DNA of 64,000 nt from contig NC_043001.1 in the NCBI RefSeq assembly GCF_006345805.1, forward strand, positions 56,482,001 through 56,546,000, written 5' to 3'. A program made the translations under genes and the position numbers. This DNA is from Octopus sinensis (taxonomy: Eukaryota). Shown here in pieces: positions 13,500-26,016 of the stretch (its first letter is position 1; every line of letters begins with the position of its first letter). The notes beneath the pieces are model-generated. The model saw only the letters and a program-made list of their open reading frames with translations. It made no database searches and was not told where the DNA came from.

Positions 13500-14095
13500 A
13501 TATTCAAGAAATCACGGAAACAGATATTTTATCAGAAGAAAAGAAGACAAGACATATAGCTGAAAAGAGAAAGAGACGGTATGATTAGTTCATGCAACAA
13601 AACGAGGATGTTAGAACTGGAGAGCGCTGGTTGTGGTTGATGGACGGAAAGGAAAATTGAATCGCTAATTATAACCGCTCCTGAACAAGTCATTAAAACA
13701 AATTTAATAAAGGGAAATATTAATAAAACTCGGTCAGAGAGCAAACACAGAATCTTTGGGAAACGATGAAAGTATTAAATATTTCTTCAGTGGATGCTGT
13801 GAGGTAGCACAGAATGAGTATATGCGTAGGCACGACTGGAGGTAAAAGAATGTATTGGGTTGTTAGCTGAATATACAAATATTCAAAGTAGCAGAAAAGG
13901 GTACTAACACAAGTTAGCGTTTATGATAGGGAAGAATAATACAGGATTGTGTGGGATTTCCCCATAAAGATAGAGTTTATTATTGGAGCATAATCTGGAT
14001 ATGATTATAGAGGGTAAACAGAGGAGTGCAATCTTGCATTCTGCAAGAATCCTAAGATGGGTTCTTGATATTTGAAGAAACTTGTCACCTAACCT
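13500..14095 (+). mobile_element. R4/Dong 3' fragment with internal deletion
   Basis: ESLIITAPEQVIKTNLIK, IVWDF, DMII, then a jump to SAILHSARILRWVLDI*; similar to 21560-22330 including the 3' UTR (tttgaagaaacttg..tcacc). Confidence 0.6.
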
Positions 14096-14099
14096 CAAA

Positions 14100-14240
14100 A
14101 CAACATCGACTCCAATACTTGACTGGTGCTCATTCTATCTATGCCGAAAGTGGTCTCAATTAAAAAAAAAAGTGGATCTCGACGGTATTTCAGCTTAGAA
14201 CGTAAAGCCGGAAGAAATGCCGTTAAGCATTTTTCCCTAC
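14100..14240 (-). mobile_element. degenerate SINE S1
   Basis: atcgactccaatacttgactggt...cttagaacgtaaag...gaaatgccgttaagcatt. Another very degenerate copy lies at ~8510-8620. Confidence 0.55.
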
Positions 14241-15856
14241 GTATAGGTATTATATAGTTGTGGCTTTACCGGAGACGATGTTATGGCAGAAATATGAAAA
14301 TCGGAAATGGAATGATATAAGCATACTCTACAAAAGCAGCTATCTGACCAAGAAAGAAAATGACTTTATCTATAGTTAATCTCCTTATGCGTCGCCAACT
14401 CATTTGCTAGGTATCTGTAGATACCCTTTCAAAAATACATATCTACTTTAATAAATGCAGCAATAATGTCAGCTAATTGTACAAAACAAAAGCAAAAGAA
14501 TCCGGAAATGGCTTCAGAAACTGTTAAAAAGATATCACATGAGTTCGGTTTTGTCATCTTATATCCTAGTGGAATATGAAAATGAATCAATTGTGAGATA
14601 GAAATAGAATAAAATTTTTCTAGTAGAAGAGGACAAAAGTTGTTTCAGTCTTGCCTCGTATGAATCTCAGAGAAATTTGAATGCAATAAACAGCAATTCC
14701 TTAACACGAAACATTCATTATTGCTATTTTTCACTGTTCTAACAATTTTTGTTGGGAGAAGTTACATGAGTTTCAATAATTCCCGATTGTCAACTCCTGA
14801 AAGACATGATAATGGAAGTAAAACGAGGAAGCACGACGTGAGTTAGTAGGCAGGAATTATGTAAATCAACAAGCTTGTTAAGTGTGTGTATGAGAGAGAG
14901 AGAGAAAGCGAGAGAGAGAGAGAGAGAGAGAGTGAGAGAGAAAGAAAGAGAGAGAGATAGAGAGAGAGAGAGAGGGAGAGAGGGAGGGAGGAAGAGAAAA
15001 AGTGTGTCTGCATGTGTTTGTAAGTGTGCGAGTGTGTGCATTAGTTCCATTTCCCCAGAAACCTGAAAATTGAGAAGTAACTATACAAACAGGAAGACTC
15101 AGAAGGCATACGAGTTAATATTTTTCAAGTGTTCTATCAAACAATAACAATAACTAACGAATGAATAAAAGTGTGAACAAATGAATGCATGAGTAAACGA
15201 TAAAATAAAAATAGAATATTTTTCAGCTTGTTACTGGGATACGTCATGTAGCTTATTTCATGAGTATTTTCGACTTATAATTTGATATCACCCATTCTGA
15301 CTTCTCATCGATAAACTAGAAATAGAAAAACATGGGTTATATGCCAGTGCTGTTCGAAGAAACTGAATATATAACTGCACATATTCAACTCTTCTTAACG
15401 ATTTAAAGTCGCTTTCTGCTTCCCACTGAAGTGTTCCTCGAATACTGGGAGATTAACTACTTTGTGTCTCTTATTTTCCTTTTGCGTGTCGTTGTATGTT
15501 TGGACGTAACACAAGGTGGCGAGGACTTGGGATACTATTCTGCAGTTATTATATGTAGTTTTCTTTTTATGGATGTCGTGTAGGTATTCCCATAATAAGT
15601 ATATTTTTTTAATTTCATTTTTCCAAGCACATCGCAATCAGTTGCTGTCGGGAATAGTATTCTCTACTCTATCAACCCAAAAGACAGCAGCCAACAGCCA
15701 CACTGCTTTGTTATTCAGACAAAATTCAACCGTCATTAGACAGCACCTTCATTATTACTCCATTTGTTTCTGTAACAAGAAGGGACCTTATATATGAATA
15801 TATATTTACATGTATATATGTACATATGTATGTATATATGCATGCGTATAGATAAA

Positions 15857-16565
15857 CTAGCAGCTAAGTCCGGTTTCTCCCGGTCGGTTTGGATGATGTG
15901 GCAGTAAAACCTGCTCTGTGTAAGCATTCGACTTGTTTGGGCACGCTTACGTTAAAAACAATTTTAGAATGACTTTTTTCTCTCAAAACGCTAAAAATAA
16001 GTGACCAAGAAAAAAAGCCATCAAGATTCAACCAAATCAAAAGATAAATCCAAATAATAAGCGAAAAAAGATGAACCATCCCACTTCCATTGCGCGCGCA
16101 CACGCACACACAAACTCACACATTCACATACCTCCCTTTTACATACAAACACATATATTCGCACAGAGTTGAAACGCTGTTTGATTTATTTTTCAGCGTA
16201 CAATTTTCATCATCCCACTACCAAGTATGACATCACCCTTCCTTCCTTATTCATCTATCACCCCTTCCTTTCTCAATCATAAACACAAGAATATTATTAT
16301 AGTAGAATATCTCGGTAACCATGGGAGCTATGAAAAAATATGTCATCACCCCTTCCTTTCTTATTCACCTATCACCCCTTCGTTTCTCATTCGTAAACTC
16401 AAGAGTATTATTATAGTAGATTATCTTCGTAACCATGGGAGCTATGAAAAAAATACAAAGCCCAGCATCACCTCCGGATCATTCTACACATCTGTGTAAT
16501 TTTTCACGCAATTCCCCCAGCTGTTTGATCGTAAGAATCGCCCATGTCAAATTTATATGTATAGA
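15857..16565 (-). mobile_element. Helitron-like non-autonomous element with internal ~114-bp tandem duplication
   Basis: Minus-strand 3' end CTAG (15860-15857) followed by T, with a small CCGG-loop-CCGG hairpin 9 nt upstream (15870-15883). Candidate 5' end TCTATACATATAAAT at 16565. Direct repeat at ~16229-16342 and ~16343-16455. No TIRs or TSD. Confidence 0.4.
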
Positions 16566-16899
16566 AATACATATATTATCATATACATACATACAAACAT
16601 ATATGCGTACATACTTATATATCACACCAGAATGGATGAAAGCAGGAATATGCAAGTTGAAGATTTAATGTATCTAAATGAAATAGTGCATTTTTTTTTT
16701 GTTTTTCTTTTAAGTTTTCTTAACAGATTACAAGGATTCTCTCAATACTACTCTACATCTCACCCATTTTTTGTTTATGCACTATATAACCTGCACATCT
16801 GCACAGAGACGTCTAACTACTTTGCAATGTATATATTTATATAATTTGTTAGTATTGGAATATTTAATTTGTATAGAGTGTCTCTAATGCGGAATACTG

Positions 16900-17460
16900 T
16901 CAAATATAATCCGTACTAAGTTTAATTTCTTTCCTTTTATTAACTTTAATAATCTAATAATCCCTTGCATCACTAGTGGTTACTCTAAAGAAAAATTTCT
17001 TTCTGGCATCTTCTCCATTTTTCTGGCATGAGAAACCAACCTAGTATGTATGGTGCTGGCATGTAGGTTATATTGATATAATTTTATAGTTCTCTAATAT
17101 TTTCCCCGGGTGAATTTTTCCAAACATTTAGCGAATCAGGCATTGATTCTTGCCAATGTATCTCTTGCTGATGTATTCTGCTGCTCTCCCCCATCCGTTC
17201 TGATTCATTATGCATTGTTATGTTGATTTCCTTCGACCATATCTGTGGAATTTTATGCTATATTTTTGTTTGTGCTTGCATATTTCGAAGCATCTTATTC
17301 AAAACGCTTTTGCCTGCAATGCTCAGAATTTACTTTTACTTCAAGAATGTTTTATATTTCTTTGACTTTCGCATCTGCTCTTTCGTTTCTAGTGCTAGAA
17401 ACACATTTCGCTGATCAGGCAATCCTTCAGCTGCGATAACATCTGCCAAATTATTCTGTG
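16900..17460 (-). mobile_element. possible very old R4/Dong RT relic
   Basis: Only weak similarity to NYRPITCLPTxY (aactataaaattatatcaatataacctacatgccagcaccatac on the minus strand). Confidence 0.2.
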
Positions 17461-18719
17461 TGCTATGACTGAAGACATGAAGACATGTGCTAAGGCTGCA
17501 ATATCTGCAAATTTTATTGGAGCGTGAAATGCTGTGGACACTTTTTGCCAGATATATTTTCTTAAAGGGATTTACAGCTCTGGATCATGCAAAATCTAAG
17601 GCAGAAGGCTGTTAGGAGAGCCGGGATTCAATAAGAGATGTGGCAAAAGGAAGAAATGCTTGGAGAGCACCCATGATAACATTTAGCATTTATACGTCCA
17701 TTACTATAACACCATAATACAATCTAGTGTTTGATGTGTTTACTATTTCAGTATTGTATTTGAAGGTTGACTTCTTTTCTTGAGTAAGTATATTCCTGGA
17801 AGTCAAATTATTATAAAAATGACTATATGTTTTCCGGATTGTTTTTTTTTTTATATAACTACTTTTTTTACAATTTCGCTGGCCTCAAATATTTCAGTCA
17901 GTATGAATTCCGATGACCTGCAATTCTCACAGGAATGTTATGACCTGTCTTAAAGATTGCAACTTTGACGTCTACATTTATAATCTAAAAGAATTATATC
18001 AAAACGCAGGTATAGACTGACGCCTTAATACTCACAAAACCATTATTGAGTTTTATATCATCCAAATTAAATGACGTAGCAAAACGCAAGCGCAATCTTC
18101 TGTGATTCTACATTTCTTTGGTGCAGTCTCCAGGCAATGTGGTGAACGGTGTTCATGATGCACCAAGACTATGTTTCTTGAACACGCAAACCACCTTCTC
18201 ACTACGCCAGGAAAATTTAATTATTAAAGCCTGACAGTATCGAATTTCTCCTGACAGTAGCGAATTTCATATCAGTTTTCTTTGGCGTTTCTTTTATGAA
18301 AGCTAGTCACTGTTGATTTGTTGCAGAGGTTTCAAACATTGCTCCGTAAGATATCACATGAATAGAAATGTTTTGACATCAGCTTTTCAGGCAATGTGGT
18401 TGATAATACGTTAAAATCCAGGTCTTGCCTATACTTATAGCAGCATTTCCTACGTACTTTGAAATGAGCCGAAGTGCAGTGTGAGTCATTATGGAATGTT
18501 GATGGTGACACTCCACAAAGCGAATAAGGAAGCATGATAAAACATCACAAATGTGAGAGAATTTCTAAGCTGAAGAAATTTCTGGTAAAAATGCATAAAT
18601 GGGTGGAAAAATATCAAATGCTGAAAATTCCTTCATAATGCAGTGTAAACATAATACGAAATTTTTACTTTATTAAAGGCTGTATTTCGCGAGAAATGTT
18701 TATAATAAAAATAGATTGT

Positions 18720-18905
18720 GCTAACCAGGATAGCATCAACAAGGTCATTCAACCACCTAGAAGCAGTAGCTAAATCACCCTCGTGTCACATTACGCCATA
18801 TTAAAAGAACACTATTACTGAAAAATAAAGACTTGACGGTCAAGGGTGGAATACATTTATCACGGATATGATTGATCAAGACTAACCTGGGATTAAACAA
18901 ACACC
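18720..18905 (+). mobile_element. interspersed repeat with retroposon-type tail ending gctgacctggggctaaac(aac)n
   Basis: Related copies at ~33280-33445 (gctgacatggggctaaataacagc) and ~5270-5335 (gctgatttagggttaagcatcaacaac). Confidence 0.4.
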
Positions 18906-19880
18906 TCAAAAACAACTTTAATGTTTAGTCGCTTTCTCAGCTCATTTGGTCTCTATTCGCATGTAAATTAATGTTACACACTCAACAGGTCATATTCAAC
19001 TCATTTCGCTCCAGCTGCCACAAATCTTCTGCCCTCAATGTTCATGTATCATTAACATTCAGCATCACACTTCTTGCATATACTTCAGCTATTAAATGAA
19101 CAATGTATTAAGTGCATATCTTATTTGAAGGACACCTTTAACTAATTGTAAGGTGGTTTATAGATTATTCGAAGAACAAAAAAGAATAAATTTATTTTAT
19201 AACAGCAAGAAATTTAAAATGCATCTTTTATGATTACCATTATTTTTCACAACCTTTTTAACAGAATTTTGTTTTCACATTTGTCTGAATTTAGCTAAAG
19301 CTACACATAATCTAATGAATTCCCTCTTAAAAATTTATGAGGCAAACACAATTCACTTCTCTAAATTTCTTTATATATTTTTTGTTGTTTCTACCTTTAT
19401 GCTTTCCATACAAGCAGCAAAGTTACGATGGATTTTGTCGAACCAAATAGTTTTATTTTTACAGTAAGATGCTTTCTTTATTGCTAATCATGAAGACATG
19501 AAGTAGAAATGGAGTGTCTTAAGAGTCAAATAAACTGAGGCAAGAAAACTTATACAGAGTGCTCAGGGGCAAAATACAATTTTAGACGAATGAACTTTCG
19601 GAATTTTTGCTTTTAGTTTCTCTTTATAAACAAAGTCCTTCTATGGCAACATTTCTGAAAATAGAATTATTTAATTTGTGTCGTCAGATGAAAATAACGA
19701 GATTTTTAAATGAAAAATATATGAAACTCACCGACTTTGCTTTTGCGCATTATAGTTTGGTCGCAATTTTCTAAAGAAAAGCACAAAAATATTGTTGTAT
19801 AAAAGTATTTTTCTGACTTCGTTATTCACTTTATATATTTGTTAGAATAATACACACAGAGATTACACATACACATTCAT

Positions 19881-19914
<34 letters not shown>

Positions 19915-20529
19915 AAATGCAAAGATTTATTTACTCTTATTATATTTTACTAATTAAAGAAATTTATAGAAAAGGGAGAAGAAAAATAAAAATTCTAGGA
20001 ATTTATTCAAACAGAAATATTTATATTGGCGTATATACATAAATAAATAGAATAAATACATTTTAAGCTTTTTTCTTTGGTTATATAATAAATCATTATC
20101 TTTTTCTTTTTCGTTTTCTTCAACTTTGAAATGTGAAAAGTCAAAAGAATCAACAACTAAGGCCAAATAAACAATAAATTCTCATATGTCATAAATTGTT
20201 TTTGATTGTTTTTCCCTATCACTTTGTTTTATTCTCAGAAATTTAATATTTATTGCGTAAGATAATTAAATGGTTAAGTCAGTAGACCTTCCGACTATTC
20301 AAAAATTGTGCAATATGCATTTCATTATTTAGTGTTATTCATCTCAGCTCCGGAGATCACATTTTATTAGGTGGAAATCTTCCCTCTGGCATTAGCAAAT
20401 TAAATACAGTTGCTTTTTAAACCTTGCTTTTCTCTATTTAACCAACTCCATGAATTGTTGTTTTCTGGCAGCGATCATCATGTCCTATCTTTCAAATGCC
20501 TTGATCCTAAGTTTACGTTATCCAATATG

Positions 20530-22365
20530 TTTTATTATTTTGTTAAAATGTAAGGCTCGAAATAAGAAAGAAATAATTGCCTCTTGGATGGATAGAAGCA
20601 GGAATGCTTACGATAATCTTCCACACTGGAAGCGCATGTTGATTTGTTGCAGAGGTTTGAAAACAAACAGTTTTTTGGGAAAAGCAATGAGAACGTGGGC
20701 AGCAGAACTGATATATGCAAAAGAATCGTTAGGAAACATGAAACTACACAACGGGATTTTCCACGGGGACTTGCTCTCTCCACAACTCTTCGTCATAGCA
20801 GTAACCCCACCTCCAAACAAATATACTAAGCATTTTCATGCTTCCTTACGATTTTTTTGCCATTGAGCTTGCCAGCACCAAGGTGAGCATAAATCATTTG
20901 CTTGGCATAGATGACCTCAGACTATAGGCAAAAAAATAAAAAAGACCTGGAACGCCAACGTTCCCTAATCCAAACAGTAAGAGTATTCAGCAAGGATATT
21001 GGAATGAAGTTGGTGTTAATAAGTGAAATGTGCTAATTAGGAAGAGAGGCTGGAAGATAAGCCCTGATGGCTTAAAATTACCACTATCATTAGATTGCAG
21101 TGAAATAATGATGTACACAAATACCTAGGACTACTGCAAGATGATAGGGTAATGGAAGTAGAAACGAGAGAGAAAATCTCTAAAGAGGAGAATTAGGAAG
21201 GTGCTCAAAACAAAATTAAATCGCAGGAATATCCTTAAAGCAATAAGTACATGGGCTATTACAGTATGAAGATACTATGCTCCCTTTCTAAAACGGACAA
21301 AGGTCGAGGTACAGCACTTGGCTGGGAGGACTGGATGGTACTCACAATGCGTTACGCAAAACACCTTAAGCATAATACCGACAGACTCTACCTACTACGA
21401 AAGAAAAGAGGCACAGGATTACTAAACGCAAAAAACACCGTTAATGCTTTGATGTTGTTGTTGAAAATAATGTTATGCAGAATGAAGAAAGCATACTATC
21501 GGTAGCCAGAAATGCCCAAAATTACTGGAACTGTGGGAGAGTTCAAGGACAGAACAAAGAACAAGAGAACAAGCAATTGGAAAGAAATGGAATTACATGG
21601 CTAATTCATGCAAACAAACTGCGGATGTTGAAAGTAAAAAAATGCTAGCTATTACTGACAGATAGAAACCTGAAACGGGGGACCGAAACGCTGATTAAAA
21701 CTGCTCAGAAAGTAGCCATTTAATAAAAACAAAGATCGGCAATCCTCAGTCAAACAGCAAACGCAGAATCTTCTGGAAAGGAGTCGAGGGCAACATTCAT
21801 CTCTTGAGTGAATGTAGTAGGCTAGCACAAGAAAAGTATAGTTACTGATATAATTTTGTAGGTAAAAGAATGAATTGGCTTGTTAGCCGAATTCCTGGCA
21901 TCGAAGTAATAGAAAAGTGGCATGAACATAAACCAGAGGCTTTAATAAAGAATTAGAATTACAGGATCTTGTGGGTCTTCCTAATAAAGATTGGTCATAC
22001 TATTGAAGCAAGAAGACCAGTTACGATTATAGAGGACAAAACAATGTAAGGTCTTAGACCTTGCTAATCTCTATGATAATAGAATGGTCAACAAATAAAT
22101 TTGAAAAGGTGAGAAATATCAGGACCTACTCAGAGAGCTGAAGAGACTTTGGAACACTAAAGCAATGAATACACCTGTCGTATTTGGAGCACTTAGCACA
22201 ACACCCAAAGTGCTACCTAGAAGACTGGAAGACATTGAAACTCAGTTCGCATCGTTGTGCAATCCTGTATCCTGAGAGAAGCCTGTGCAAAATTGTTAAG
22301 ATTTGAGGAGACTTGTTGTCACCAATCTTCAGTATAACATTCTTGCTGATTAAATTAATATTTAA
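20530..22365 (+). mobile_element. R4/Dong copy A, 5'-truncated and degenerate
   Basis: AYDNLPHW, GIFHGDLLSPQLF, NHLLGIDDL (RT core), KYLGLLQ, YQDLLRELKRLWNTKAMNTPVVFGALST; ends at (TAA)n. Confidence 0.85.
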
Positions 22366-22418
22366 TATAATAATAATAAATAATAATAATAATAATGATG
22401 ATGATGACGATGAGGAGG

Positions 22419-22469
<51 letters not shown>

Positions 22470-22489
22470 GTGATAATGATAACAATAAC

Positions 22490-22550
<61 letters not shown>
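22366..22550. repeat. (AAT)n/(GAT)n tract
   Basis: Direct inspection. Other (AAT)n spacers at 22811-22828, 24963-25100, 25964-26015, 26612-26742, 27339-27487, 30763-30800, 32410-32520, 45044-45221, 48729-48807 and 49287-49330. Confidence 0.95.
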
Positions 22551-22814
22551 GTTTCGTTTTTGGATTTAGTTTGCAAGATTCTTTATATGAGTTCGTGTGT
22601 TGAAGCATATTCTGTTGTGTCTGGGGAGAGTCATTCTCTTTTAGTGCCTTATTATTTAACACAATCAAGAGTCGAGACAATTGGAAAGGTTGCAAGACGC
22701 AACGAAAATTTTAGAAAATAAAAAGAAGAAAGAAAGAAGTGGAAATTTTACCGGTGAGTTTGTTAAATAATAAGGCACTAAAAGAGAATGACTCTCCCCA
22801 GACACAACAGAATA
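22551..22814. mobile_element. foldback/MITE-like element with perfect 54-bp inverted repeat and an unpaired 57-bp left extension
   Basis: 22608-22661 is the exact reverse complement of 22761-22814, with a 99-bp spacer. The left extension 22551-22607 is shared with the copy at 11466. Confidence 0.8.
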
Positions 22815-22828
22815 ATAATAATAATAAT

Positions 22829-23012
22829 TGCAGGGTTAATTACATGGACAGTAGACAAACTAAACACCTTAGACAGAAATACAAGGAAGTTGCTGACTAG
22901 ATATGGGATACTCCACCCAAAAAGTGACACAGACTAACTGTATGTACCAAGAAAAAGAGGAGGAAGAGGACTTATTGGATGCGAACACAGCATTAGAGCA
23001 GAAGAAAACAAC
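22829..23012 (+). mobile_element. R4/Dong post-RT fragment (B0) fused upstream of copy B
   Basis: LNTLDRNTRKLLTRYGILHPKSDTD*LYVPRKRGGRGLIGCEHSIRAEENN is the post-RT segment of R4-clade proteins. Confidence 0.8.
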
Positions 23013-24962
23013 ATTCAGGAGAAAAGTTGAAAAATGTCTTGGAAGGGATGCCAAAATCGAAACTTCCTGGACCAGATTTGCTTCAGGGATTTTGGCTAAA
23101 ACGTTTCTCTGCGCTTCATGATATAATGCGAACACAACTAAGTAATTGTGTTGACACAGGAGGAGACACTCCTAAATGGATGACGAAAGGTAAGACTTTT
23201 CTGATATTGATAGATCAAAAGAAAAGAAATACAACAAATAACTATCGATCAGGACTTGCTTTCCGCTATAGTGGAAGTCGCTAACAGGTGTTATTGCAAA
23301 GGATATACAAACATCTTGAGGAGGGAGATCTGTTATCAGAAGAACAGAAATGATGCAGGCAAAGCTCTAAAAGGACAAACGACCTATTATCAGCAAGTGC
23401 TCTGAGAGGCAAAATACAGGAGGAAAGACCTAATAACGGAATGAATCGATTACCAAAAGGCATATGATAGCGTGCTACATGCCTGGATCCTAAAATACGA
23501 CAAGATATTTGAGATAGCTCAGAATATTGTCCAGCTCTTACAAAACAGTACGCCAAAATGGAGAACTGTACTAACATCTGGCCAAGATAAGCTCAGTGAA
23601 GTCAACATAAGTAGGGGAATATTCCAAAGTGATATACTCTTACCACTGCTATTCGTGGTTGCCCTTATTTCTCTTATATTGATCCTGAGAGAGGCTAAAC
23701 AATGGTAAGGATTTAGCTGTGGTCAGAAAATAAACCACCTCTATTTTATGGACAACCTGAAATTATTTGCCAAATGTGAGAAAGCTTTAGATTCACTGGT
23801 ACAGACTGTCAGAGTTGCGAGTGATGATATTGCTATGGAGTTTGGAATAGATAAATGTGTGATCTCTGATAAAGAGAGGGAAAATATCCAAGTCAGAATG
23901 AATTAAACTCCCAAATAAGTCATCGATCCGAGCAATGGATGGGGGTTGGGTAACAGTTACAAGTACCAAGGTGTACTGGAGGAGGGTAGAATTCTCTACC
24001 AAGAAATGAAAGAGAAGGTGAGAAACGAATATCTCAGGAGAGTTAAAAAGGTGCGAAGCTCAAAGCTGAATAGGAAAAGCTTCAAAGGAAAAGCGTCTCT
24101 GCAGTAAACACGTGAGCGGTCTCCAATGAGGTACTCTGCTATGTTCTTGAACAGGACTAAGGAAGAATTAATAGACATAAACTGTGAAACTGGAAAGACA
24201 ACGTTCATGTGCAGGTCGCTACATTCCAGAAACAGTGTCGATACATAATACTTACCACGGAAGGAAGTGGAGAGAACTGATATCAATAGAAGAATATGTA
24301 CAGATAAGAAAACGAGATATACAAGAGTATTTGAAAAGCAACCCCCAAAGACTGATTTCAGTTGCCAGAGGGGAGGGCAAAGAAGCCGTGGAGAGGGCAA
24401 CAGAATACAAGCAAAGAATCATCGAGAAAGGACTAAACAGCTAGCATCTCAGATAAACGCAGGACGTAATGGTAGAGGAGTCTTGGCTATGGCTGAAGAA
24501 TGGAGACCATAAGAAAGAAACAGAAGGCTCAAAGGCACTCATTGCTGACGAATACCATTAAGACTAAATTAGATTAATCATCAAGAAGTGCAAAGTGTAG
24601 AGTATGTAATGAGAAAGAGGAATCCATTATGCACACAATAAGTTCCTGGAGTCCTTTGGCATAAAAAGCATACAGACACAGACCCGACTGTATGGCAAAG
24701 ATATTACGCTAGGACATATTTAAAGTAGGAAGAAGATGATACGAACATCAACCAGAAAGTGTAATAGAGAACGACCAATACAAGATTTTATGGGATTTTA
24801 ATGCACAAGCTGATCACTAAATCCATGCCATGTGACCAGATTTCAGTTCATGATAAGGGAAAGTGTGCACCATCATAGATATGGTTATATCTAAGGACAT
24901 GAATGTAACGGTCAAAGAACGGGACAAAATAGGGAAATATCGGGATTTAGCTAGCGAAATAC
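23013..24962 (+). mobile_element. R4/Dong copy B, truncated at both ends
   Basis: KNVLEGMPKSKLPGPDLLQGFWLK, PKWMTKGKTFLI, GIFQSDILLPLLFVVAL, HLYFMDNLKLF, ILWDF; stops at KYRDLASEIR and runs into (GAT)3(AAT)n without the final ~60 codons or the 3' UTR. Confidence 0.85.
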
Positions 24963-25028
24963 GATGATGATGATAATAATAATAATAATAATAAAATAAT
25001 AATAATAATAACAATAATAATAATAATG

Positions 25029-25065
<37 letters not shown>

Positions 25066-25100
25066 TTAATAATGATGATTAATCTAATAATAATAATAAT

Positions 25101-25962
25101 TGACCAGAAGCAAACCCATCAGTGGCTACGGAGCTCAGGGCTAAAAGCAGAGAGCGAAGGTTTCATCCTGGCTGCTGAAGATCAAAGCCTATTAACCCGG
25201 AACTACCAGGCCAATGTGATGAAAAATGGAGCAGACCCAAAATGCCGATTCTGCAACGACATGATTGAAACAGTGGACCACCTAATCTCTGGATGTAAAG
25301 TCTTAGCTCCAGTGGAGTATAAATTAAGACATGGCAGAGTTGGCCAATAAGTCGGCATTACAATATCAAAACTGCCGACAAGTGGTATAATCACCACCCT
25401 GAGGCTGTAACTGAAGGAGGAAATGTAACCATTCTGTTGGACTTTCCAGTACATACAGACCGAACCATCAAGGCCAATAAACCAGATATTGTTGTGAAAG
25501 ACCAAAACAATAAAGTTTGCTTATTGATCGACATGAGCATCCCCTGTGATCATAATATCTCAGCGAAAGAGTTTGACAAGCTCAGAAAATATAAAGACCT
25601 ACTCATTGAAATTGAGAAAATGTGGCATCTCAAGGCGGTTACAATACCAGTGATCGTAGGAGCACTAGGAATGACCAAGAAGGGAACCGAAAATTATATG
25701 AGAATGATCCCTGGCTTACCATCCCTGCAAGAAGTGCAAAAGATTGTCTTAACTGGTACATCACACGTATTGAGAAGAGCATTGTCGATGTGAGAACTGT
25801 TGCTGCTCATGTATTTTAATTTAACTTAAAAAAAAAAAAAAATGAACGAACTATTGAGTTTGGTTTAATGGCCTACCAATGTATACTATGAGTTTCTTTG
25901 CCCTAGGAGTCGGGAAGACACTCGGCAAGAAATGGAAGCAAATTTGAAAGAAGAAAAAAAAA

Positions 25963-25963
<1 letters not shown>
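25101..25963 (+). mobile_element. R4/Dong copy C, 5'-truncated, well preserved CCHC finger, REL endonuclease and 3' UTR
   Basis: HQWLRSSGLKAESEGFILAAEDQ, CRFCNDMIETVDHLISGC, KPDIVVKD..LLIDMSIP..KEFDKLRKYKDL..VLTGTSHVLRRALSM* (stop at 25793); (TAA)n on both sides. Confidence 0.92.

Positions 25964-26015
<52 letters not shown>

Positions 26016-26016
<1 letters not shown>

Noticed and set aside
20395-20530. Possible 5' inversion (twin priming) at the start of copy A
   Set aside because: Minus-strand similarity (LPENN.., RFKKQLYLI) to LPEEQKG/KDQLLID is weak and needs frame changes.
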